The translations under genes were made by a program, and so were the position numbers. Under the pieces are notes generated by a model. That model searched no databases. It was given only the letters and a program-made list of their open reading frames with translations, and was not told the DNA's origin. 64,000 bases of DNA from an uncultured Anaerolinea sp. Lineage in GTDB: Bacteria; Chloroflexota; Anaerolineae; Anaerolineales; UBA4823. Location of the stretch: positions 142,414-206,413 of the forward strand of contig CAZCYV010000004.1 in NCBI GenBank assembly GCA_964503145.1, given 5' to 3'. The first letter of the stretch is position 1; each line of letters opens with the position of its first letter. Shown here in pieces: positions 8,738 to 16,086 of this stretch.

Positions 8738-9898
8738 TCAGCTCGAAAGGCCCAGGGCGATTAAGGGTTCGACGCGCACAGCCAGGCGCACCGAAACCAG
8801 TCCGCCTATCGGTCCAATCAATAATAGGGTAATCACCGCAATTGCTACCGAAGCGCCATTAAAAATAACGGGCACTGCGCCGCCGATCCCTGCACCCAGC
8901 CCCAAAGTGACCAGTGTGCCCAGCAGGACTCCGAATGTAGTCACGAGGATAATTTGAGTGACGACCGCGAAGGCAACGACGAAATTCGATGTCCCAATGG
9001 CTTTCAGCACCCCGATCTGGGGTATTTTTTGGAGCATCTGGATTTGAAAGAAGCCGCCGATGACCAGGATGCCGATCAGCAGCGTAAAGCCCCTTTGGGT
9101 GTTGAGCGTGCTCTGCTGTGCCTGGTAACCAGGCAAAGATTCATAAGCGGTCTTGATATCCGCCACGTCAATATCCCTCACGCTATTCAAGAGGTTTGTT
9201 TTGACCTCTTCCAGTGTGTAGCCCGGCGCGATTTGCACGGCGACCATGTTGGATGTGGTCTCCACGAGCATAGAACCTGGAGCGCCTTGCGGGCGCACCT
9301 GATCCCAGGTGCGATAGGGTAAAAAGACCGATGGCTGGAACAGGTATTGTTGCTCATCTGTAAGCCCAATCACATTGAGCTTGTAGAATTCCTCGCTGGA
9401 GCCCTGGATGGTCTTCAAGGTAATCGAGTCGCCAACTCTGATCCCACGTTGATCGGCGATATTTTTGTCAATAATGATGTCCGACCCGCGATTTATGAGC
9501 AGGGGTTTTCCCTCTAACAGCGTCGGTACTCCCGGCCGACCAGCTTCCACTCCGATCAAAGAGACATCGATATCTTCGCGGCCATCTGTGAAAACGATTG
9601 TGCCATTGCTCAAGCCGATGGGTCCCGCGGCCTGTACCCCTTCCACGCGCTCGATGTCGTTGAGCTTGGAAAGGCCAATGCGGCTGACGCTCACGGATAA
9701 ATCGACATTTTTCTGAAAAACCAGCAACTGGGCGTTGATTTTTTCCAGATATTGTTTATTCGCAGTTGCCAGTCCTTCTGACAGGGCGGCAATGAACAAA
9801 ACCAGTGTGGTGATCAACGCAATCACGAGCGAAAAAAGCAAAAAACGTCCCTTATTCCGCCAGATTTCTTTTAGTGAGAGATAGAATGCCAATCCCAT
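8738..9898 (-). CDS. FtsX-like ABC transporter permease (MacB-type, with periplasmic domain)
   Basis: 386 aa. One N-terminal TM, a roughly 230-aa extracytoplasmic domain, then three C-terminal TM helices, which is the FtsX/MacB topology. It lies immediately upstream of the cognate ATPase. Confidence 0.88.
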   Translation of the reverse strand: MGLAFYLSLKEIWRNKGRFLLFSLVIALITTLVLFIAALSEGLATANKQYLEKINAQLLVFQKNVDLSVSVSRIGLSKLNDIERVEGVQAAGPIGLSNGTIVFTDGREDIDVSLIGVEAGRPGVPTLLEGKPLLINRGSDIIIDKNIADQRGIRVGDSITLKTIQGSSEEFYKLNVIGLTDEQQYLFQPSVFLPYRTWDQVRPQGAPGSMLVETTSNMVAVQIAPGYTLEEVKTNLLNSVRDIDVADIKTAYESLPGYQAQQSTLNTQRGFTLLIGILVIGGFFQIQMLQKIPQIGVLKAIGTSNFVVAFAVVTQIILVTTFGVLLGTLVTLGLGAGIGGAVPVIFNGASVAIAVITLLLIGPIGGLVSVRLAVRVEPLIALGLSS

Positions 9899-10090
9899 AG
9901 TGCACCTTGATTCTCATCCTTTCAAGATTATTCATGCTGCCATTTTATCAGTATGTACAATAATTGTCAAGATAAAATATACAATAATATGACACCAGAT
10001 TTGTTTTTCCTTCGCCCATGCCTTAGGTATGGCTTAGACCTCTTCCGGGGAGCTTGTCATGGATCACAAAATGGTTTATGATGCTGGATT

Positions 10091-12382
10091 GTGTCTGAAA
10101 CGGGCAATATGACAGGTAAGATGGATCAGCCGTTTTTAGCGAGACTGGGCGTCAGGTCCCTCTGTGCAATCGTTTGTGCGGTAGGGATATTTTTGTTGGC
10201 TGCGTGTGGAAAACTTACAGAAAGTATGACGCCCACCGCCACCCATACCCTGAGGCCTCCGCAAATCTATACCACTAGCGCTCCCGACGCGCAGGTGGCT
10301 GCGCGCGCTTTCTTGGACGCCTGGACGGTTGAAGATTACGAAACGATGTATGCCTTGCTAGCTCCCCAAAGCCAGGCCAGCATCTCGAAAGAGGCTTTCA
10401 TCACTCGCTATCTGGATGCGGCGAACGAAGCCGGGATGAATGGACTGAACTATGAGATCCTCGACTTTCGGAGCAGCGCACCCAATGCTCAAGTCGGTTA
10501 TCGGATCACGTTAAAGTCTTATATCTTGGGAGATATCGTCCGAGAGATGAAAATGGAGATGGTGCTGGATCAAGGGCGCTGGCTGGTCGATTGGAACGAT
10601 GGGCTGATCTTGCCGGAGCTGGCAGGCGGCAATTACCTGAGAATGGATAGCAGCGCTCAGACGCGCGCGGCGATCTATGATCGGAATGGAAACCCGTTGG
10701 CCAGCCAGACTACGGCTGCAGCAATTGGGGTCTGGCCGGATTATGTGGATCTAAAGGCGGACAGCGGATTGATTTCTTTGCTTTCGGGCTTATCCGGTTA
10801 TCGCTATGACACTATCGCTAGCAAGATCGAAGCCGCTCTACCTGGGGAGTACATCCCGCTTGGGGAGGTACCAGTTGATCAAGACCCGCGCCGGCTTCAG
10901 CAGCTTTCTACCTGGGGAGCGGCGGTTGTTGCGGAGTATTCGCGTCGGTTGTATTATGGAAATGGCATCGCGCCGCATGTTGTTGGGTATGTCAGCGCCA
11001 TCCAACAGGAGGAGATGGCGGAATATCGCCGCAGGGGATATCGCAGCGATGATCGGGTAGGCCGTAAGGGCCTGGAGCAATGGGGCGAAAACATCCTGAT
11101 GGGCAAGCGAGGCGGCACGCTGTACGTGTTCAGCCCGGACGGAAGGCCAATCGGTGAGCTAGGGTCGGTTGCAGGCGAGCCGGGCCAGGAGATCACCACG
11201 ACGCTGGATCGCGATTTTCAGCGCGAAGTGCAAAAGGCGATGTCGGTTTACAGGGGCGCAATCGTGGTTTTAGAAAGAGATACTGGCCGTGTCCTGGCAA
11301 TGGCTTCTTCTCCGGGCTTTGATCCAAACGCCTTCGAGATCGAGAACTATAACTGGAATACGTTGTTAGGAGAGATCGTTAATGACCCGGCCTTGCCGCA
11401 ATTCAATCGCGCCACCCAGGGTCAGTACCCGCTTGGTTCGGTGTTCAAGATTATCACCATGGCGGCGGCCCTTGAAAGTGGACGGTTCACGCCAGAGAGC
11501 ACCTATGATTGCCAATATCAGTTTACTGAGTTGCCCGGGCTGACGCTCTATGATTGGACCTGGGACCATTTTCAGGAAGATGAGAAAACGCAGCCCAGCG
11601 GCCTACTGACCCTCCCACAAGGCTTGATACGCTCCTGTAATCCCTGGTTCTGGCATATTGGCCTGGACCTATATAACTCTGGTCTTACTAAGGCAATTGC
11701 TGAAATGTCGCGCGGCTTTGGATTGGGCAGCAAAACCGGCATCGAAGGGGTCGAGGAGCAAACGGGAAACATTCCTGAACCAGGCAACGCAGTGGATGCG
11801 ACCAACCTGGCGATTGGCCAGGGGGATATGCAAGTTACGCCACTACAAGTGGCGCGTTTCATTGCCGCTCTTGGAAATGGAGGCACGCTTTATCGCCCCC
11901 AGGTGATCGAGAAGATCGCGCCACCAGGTGGTGAAGCGACATTTACCTTCAAGCCCGAAGTGCAGGGGAAACTGCCAATCCAATCTTCAACATTGCAGAC
12001 CATCGTGGAAGCGATGAAAGGCGTCGTCGCCAGCCGCACGCCGCCTGGAACAGCCTATCGCCCCCTGGCCGGCCTGGATATCCCTGTGGCTGGTAAGACC
12101 GGCACGGCAACCTCATCTGCCAGTGAACCACATGCCTGGTTTGCCGGCTTCACTTTTGCGGAGCGCGCCGACAAGCCAGATATTGCCATCGCCGTTGTGG
12201 CAGAAAACGCTGGCGAAGGGTCCGAGATTGCCGCGCCGATCTTTCGGCGTGTTGTCGAACTGTATTTTTATGGCCAGCCTTTGAAGCTGTACACCTGGGA
12301 GGCGACGTTTGACGTTACGCGCTCGCCAACTGTCGAATTTACCGAAGAGCCTACACAGCAACCCGGTTTTATCAACCCTTAG
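10091..12382 (+). CDS. Penicillin-binding protein 2-type D,D-transpeptidase with N-terminal NTF2-like domain
   Basis: 763 aa with transpeptidase motifs SxxK (SVFK), SxN (SCN) and KTG (KTGT). N-terminal membrane anchor or lipobox-like LLAAC. GTG start at 10091; an alternative ATG lies at 10109. Confidence 0.9.
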   Translation: MSETGNMTGKMDQPFLARLGVRSLCAIVCAVGIFLLAACGKLTESMTPTATHTLRPPQIYTTSAPDAQVAARAFLDAWTVEDYETMYALLAPQSQASISKEAFITRYLDAANEAGMNGLNYEILDFRSSAPNAQVGYRITLKSYILGDIVREMKMEMVLDQGRWLVDWNDGLILPELAGGNYLRMDSSAQTRAAIYDRNGNPLASQTTAAAIGVWPDYVDLKADSGLISLLSGLSGYRYDTIASKIEAALPGEYIPLGEVPVDQDPRRLQQLSTWGAAVVAEYSRRLYYGNGIAPHVVGYVSAIQQEEMAEYRRRGYRSDDRVGRKGLEQWGENILMGKRGGTLYVFSPDGRPIGELGSVAGEPGQEITTTLDRDFQREVQKAMSVYRGAIVVLERDTGRVLAMASSPGFDPNAFEIENYNWNTLLGEIVNDPALPQFNRATQGQYPLGSVFKIITMAAALESGRFTPESTYDCQYQFTELPGLTLYDWTWDHFQEDEKTQPSGLLTLPQGLIRSCNPWFWHIGLDLYNSGLTKAIAEMSRGFGLGSKTGIEGVEEQTGNIPEPGNAVDATNLAIGQGDMQVTPLQVARFIAALGNGGTLYRPQVIEKIAPPGGEATFTFKPEVQGKLPIQSSTLQTIVEAMKGVVASRTPPGTAYRPLAGLDIPVAGKTGTATSSASEPHAWFAGFTFAERADKPDIAIAVVAENAGEGSEIAAPIFRRVVELYFYGQPLKLYTWEATFDVTRSPTVEFTEEPTQQPGFINP

Positions 12383-14817
12383 TCTTCTTGTGAGTCGGAA
12401 TTGGTAGTTTTTGCGGCCGGCGCTGGCTCAGAGAGTCGCGCAAATTCAGCCAGGCGAGACATCACGCGCTGGTTAATTGTGCCTTCGGGATAGCTGCCGT
12501 CTGGCTGCGCCTCACCAACCTCCAGCCCGGTCAGCAAGGATAAACCTTCCTCGATCGTGGTAATTGGCCAGATGTGAAATTTCCCTGCGCTGACGGCGTC
12601 GATGACCTCTTGACGCAGCATCAGGTTGCGCCGATTCGCCTGTGGAATGAGTACACCCTGGTCGCCGGTCAATCCCCTTTCGGCGCATATGGCAAAGAAG
12701 CCCTCGATTTTTTCGTTGACGCCGCCGATGGCTTGAATCTGGCCGTGCTGGTTCACAGAACCGGTGATCGCTAAGTCCTGGCGCAGGGGAATCTCCCCAA
12801 TTGCCGAGATCAGGGCGATGAGCTCTGCGGCAGAGGCGCTATCCCCTTCGACTTCGCTGTAAGATTGTTCGAAAGTCAAGCTGGCCGAAAGGCTGATTGG
12901 ACCGGTGCGGCCATAGCGACTGTGGAGATAGCCGCTCAGGATCATCACGCCTTTGGTATGGATCGGTCCACCAAGTTTTGCTTGCCGCTCGATGTCGATC
13001 ACCCCGGCCTTTCCACAAGACACAGCTACGCTCAGACGGCTGGGGCGCCCAAAAGTGTAATCGCCTAGAGATACCACCGACAGGGCGTTGATGAGCCCGA
13101 TTTCCATGCCGGTGACATCGATCATGATCGTGCCTTGCTGGATCAGTTGCTGCAGGCGTTCCTCAACCAGGTTATTGCGATAGATGCTTTCGTCTATTGC
13201 GCGCTGCACATCCCTGGCGGTGACAACCTGCGCATCAAGGGACTCTGGCTGTGCTTTTCGGGCCCAGAACGAGGCTTCGCGGATCAGGTCGGCAATACGC
13301 CCAAATTGGGTGGATAACCTCTCCTGATCCTCTGCCATCCTTGAACTATGTTCAATAATGCGAGCAACGGCGGTGTTATCGAAAGGAAGCAATCCATTAT
13401 CCAGCACCACGGATTTGACGAACAGGCCATATTCTTTTTCGGTTTCGGGAGTGCGTTCCATCAAGGCGGCAAATTCGGCGCGCACTTTGAACAGCTTGGA
13501 AAAATCTTCGTCGTAAAATTTGAGTAGATAATATAGCAAAGGCGTGCCTACCAGGATCACCTTAAGGTTGAGCGGTACTGGCTCCGGCTCCAGGGTCTCG
13601 GTGCTGATCAGACCGAGTTGCGTGCCCAACTCCACGATGCGGATGCAACCATCGCGTAGGATTCGTTTGAGGCCTTCCCAGGCGTATGGATTCAGCAACA
13701 GATCACGGGCAGGAAGAATCAGGTAACCGCCGTTGGCGCGGTGCAACGCGCCGGGTCGGATCATGGTGAAATCGGTGCGCGTGGCGCCCATGATGACTTC
13801 GTGCTCGATGCGACCGACCAGGTTCGTATAAACCGGATGGGTTTCAACAATTACCGGCGCTCCCTGGAGCGCTGAGTTATCGATAAGGACGTTAACGGCA
13901 TAGCGCTGCAGCCATGGCCTTCCGCCGGGTTGCGCGCCGGGCGCTTCGCTGCCCTCGCGAGATCGAAACTGGTGATTGTTTTCTAAGATATCGTTCTTTA
14001 CAGATTCGAGATGAGAGAGCACCTGCTCAATCCCTGCATACTTTTCCTGCAGGTTGTTGATCAGCGGCTGGAGCACGAACAGCATCGTGTTTCGATTCAG
14101 TTCATCGATGCGCTCCGAAGCGGCATTGCTCAATTCGCGCAGCCGGTTGATCGTATTCTCGACTTCGCTGGCGAGTCGGGTTTGGAGTTGTTCAAGTTTG
14201 GCGCGCTGCTCTGGAGATAATTTTTCTACTTCTTCGGGCGTGAGCGGTTTACCTTGCGGCGCGGGGACCAGGACGATACCGAAGGGCGTGCGGACAACGG
14301 CGAAGTTGTACTTATGTGTAAATTCCTGAAGGCGCAGGAATTCCGCCTCCTGTTTCTTCTTGAACTCGTCGACCAGGCGGTCGCGTTCCTGAATGTATTC
14401 CGGACTTTCGAAAGCCCGCGGCGCCTCACGCACACAGTAATGAATTAGCTCGTCGATATCCTTGCTTAGCTCGACACCGCGACCGGCAGGTAGGCGCAGA
14501 AGCCGGGGAGCGCGAGGGTTGGAGAAATTGTTCACATAACAACAATCATCCGGTACGGGTTCTTTAGCTGCTTTGCGCGTCAAATATTCCTGGCTGAGTG
14601 TGGTGCGCCCTGAACCAGGCAGGCCCAGGACGAAGATGTTATAGCCTGGGCCGGCGACTTCGCTCCCCAGTTCCAGCGCGCGCAGAGCGCGCGGTTGACC
14701 GATGACATCTTGAAGATCGGGAAGCTCGTCCGTCGTCTGGAAGCCGAGTTCCTCTGCAACGCAGCGATTGCAGAGCGCTGCGGCTGGAAGTTCCTGGATC
14801 AATGAAAGGGAGTTCAT
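12379..14817 (-). CDS. LonC-like protease (AAA-like domain with coiled-coil insertion plus S16 Ser-Lys peptidase domain)
   Basis: 812 aa. P-loop reads GLPGSGRTT (Arg in place of the Walker A Lys). A long helical insertion (EFKKKQEAEFLRLQ...RLRELSNAASERIDELN) is present. The C-terminal Lon protease domain has VEGDSASAAE (catalytic Ser) and GGVNEKIEGF (catalytic Lys). Confidence 0.88.
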   Translation of the reverse strand: MNSLSLIQELPAAALCNRCVAEELGFQTTDELPDLQDVIGQPRALRALELGSEVAGPGYNIFVLGLPGSGRTTLSQEYLTRKAAKEPVPDDCCYVNNFSNPRAPRLLRLPAGRGVELSKDIDELIHYCVREAPRAFESPEYIQERDRLVDEFKKKQEAEFLRLQEFTHKYNFAVVRTPFGIVLVPAPQGKPLTPEEVEKLSPEQRAKLEQLQTRLASEVENTINRLRELSNAASERIDELNRNTMLFVLQPLINNLQEKYAGIEQVLSHLESVKNDILENNHQFRSREGSEAPGAQPGGRPWLQRYAVNVLIDNSALQGAPVIVETHPVYTNLVGRIEHEVIMGATRTDFTMIRPGALHRANGGYLILPARDLLLNPYAWEGLKRILRDGCIRIVELGTQLGLISTETLEPEPVPLNLKVILVGTPLLYYLLKFYDEDFSKLFKVRAEFAALMERTPETEKEYGLFVKSVVLDNGLLPFDNTAVARIIEHSSRMAEDQERLSTQFGRIADLIREASFWARKAQPESLDAQVVTARDVQRAIDESIYRNNLVEERLQQLIQQGTIMIDVTGMEIGLINALSVVSLGDYTFGRPSRLSVAVSCGKAGVIDIERQAKLGGPIHTKGVMILSGYLHSRYGRTGPISLSASLTFEQSYSEVEGDSASAAELIALISAIGEIPLRQDLAITGSVNQHGQIQAIGGVNEKIEGFFAICAERGLTGDQGVLIPQANRRNLMLRQEVIDAVSAGKFHIWPITTIEEGLSLLTGLEVGEAQPDGSYPEGTINQRVMSRLAEFARLSEPAPAAKTTNSDSQED

Positions 14818-14823
14818 CAGGGT

Positions 14824-15888
14824 TTATGGGAAGTTGCTGTTATAGAACCAGTTGTACGCGTAATATGAGCCTGTTGTGCTTTGCAATCGGATTGCAATCT
14901 GGCGTTTGCCATACAATTCGACCGGGATGGCAAACGTGAGAGATTGCTCGCTGTTTGCGCCAGCGTCAATGGCGCCAACGACATACCCGCCGATGCCACG
15001 GGTGCCCATCAGCCCCATGGTGACCTGAAAGCGATGATTGGGGGGTAGATTGTGGGTCAGGATTGTGACTGTCTGATTGCGAACCACTTGGGTGATCGTG
15101 AAGGTCGGGAAACCCGAATAGCCCGGCCGAGGGGGAGCAATCGGTAAAGGATACGGGCCTGCCGGGTTGTTCACAAACCAATGATAAGCATAATAACCGG
15201 AGCCTGTGACGCTTTGCAATCGGATCGCGATTTGGGGTTGGCCGCGTAGCGCAAAGGGTATGGCAAAATTGTAGGTCGAACTGCCGCCGGATCCGGTGAA
15301 GATGGTATCCACGACGATGCCGCCGATGCCCCGAGTGCCCATATAACCCATCAACACCTCGAAGCGGTCGTTGGCCGGGAAATTGTAGGTGGTGATCTTA
15401 ACGAATTGATCTGGCACCACGTCGACGATTGCAATCGAAGGCTTTGGCTTATCTAATGATGGCACAGAGATCGCCGGCGGATTGCTAAAACGCCTGTTAT
15501 AGAACCAGTTATAAGCAAAATAGCCAGAGCCAGTGGTGTTCTCCAGGCGCAGGGCGATCTGGTACTGTCCAAATAAGGCCGGTGGGATGTCGAAAGTTAC
15601 GGTAAACGAACCACCCGCACCGGAATTAATCGTTGCAACCTTGACGCCGCCGACACCTCGAGTGCTAATCGGCCCCATCAGGACATCGAAAGTGCGGTTG
15701 GCTGGAAAGTTATAGGTCAAGATGGTGACGCTGGTATCCGGAACAACATTGATGATCGAGAAGGTGGGGATAGTCGAACCAGATGGTGCTGCGAGGGTCG
15801 GATGTGGGCCAGCCAAAGCCAACACCAACAAGGTGATCAGCAATATCTTTGTTTTGGATTGCACCGTGACCTCCGTATGCTGCGTCAC
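14824..15888 (-). CDS. Secreted protein made of three tandem ~91-aa repeats (family not recognised)
   Basis: 354 aa with signal peptide ILLITLLVLALAGPHPTLAAP. Three repeats share PtFxIxxVVpdxxVtIxTyNFPANxrFxVlMGxmGTRGiGG...IAIRLqSxTGSGYyAYNWFyN. It stops 6 nt before the LonC-like start. Confidence 0.8.
   Translation of the reverse strand: MTQHTEVTVQSKTKILLITLLVLALAGPHPTLAAPSGSTIPTFSIINVVPDTSVTILTYNFPANRTFDVLMGPISTRGVGGVKVATINSGAGGSFTVTFDIPPALFGQYQIALRLENTTGSGYFAYNWFYNRRFSNPPAISVPSLDKPKPSIAIVDVVPDQFVKITTYNFPANDRFEVLMGYMGTRGIGGIVVDTIFTGSGGSSTYNFAIPFALRGQPQIAIRLQSVTGSGYYAYHWFVNNPAGPYPLPIAPPRPGYSGFPTFTITQVVRNQTVTILTHNLPPNHRFQVTMGLMGTRGIGGYVVGAIDAGANSEQSLTFAIPVELYGKRQIAIRLQSTTGSYYAYNWFYNSNFP
14839..15768 (-). 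repeat. Three in-frame tandem coding repeats (aa 41-131, 150-240, 261-350 of the secreted protein)
   Basis: Seen directly in the translation. Each unit ends in (Y/F)AY(N/H)WF(Y/V)N and contains MGxxxTRG(V/I)GG. Confidence 0.85.
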
Positions 15889-16033
15889 TAATCGTACAAG
15901 ACAATGTGTAATGAAATGAATTGATGGGTTACATTTATACTTTACACCATATATTGCTAAAAAGCAAGCGCTTTGCTAGATTCTATGGCGATGGTTGGTG
16001 CTAGATTCAGGCCAGCGGAATTGAACAACCCCC

Positions 16034-16062
16034 TTGCGGTGTCAACCAGGGATGGTTATACT
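16034..16062 (+). promoter_or_regulatory. Candidate sigma70-type promoter for relA/spoT
   Basis: TTGCGG (16034..16039), 17-nt spacer, TATACT (16057..16062). AAGAGGT Shine-Dalgarno at 16071..16077 and ATG at 16087. Confidence 0.4.
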
Positions 16063-16086
16063 AGTTAAGAAAAGAGGTCTGTATTT

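Noticed and set aside
12379-14817. Lon-like protease as a BREX BrxL-type defence component.
   Set aside because: No other BREX or defence genes (PglZ, PglX methyltransferase, BrxA/B/C) are nearby. The domain layout (degenerate P-loop plus coiled-coil insertion) fits LonC rather than BrxL.
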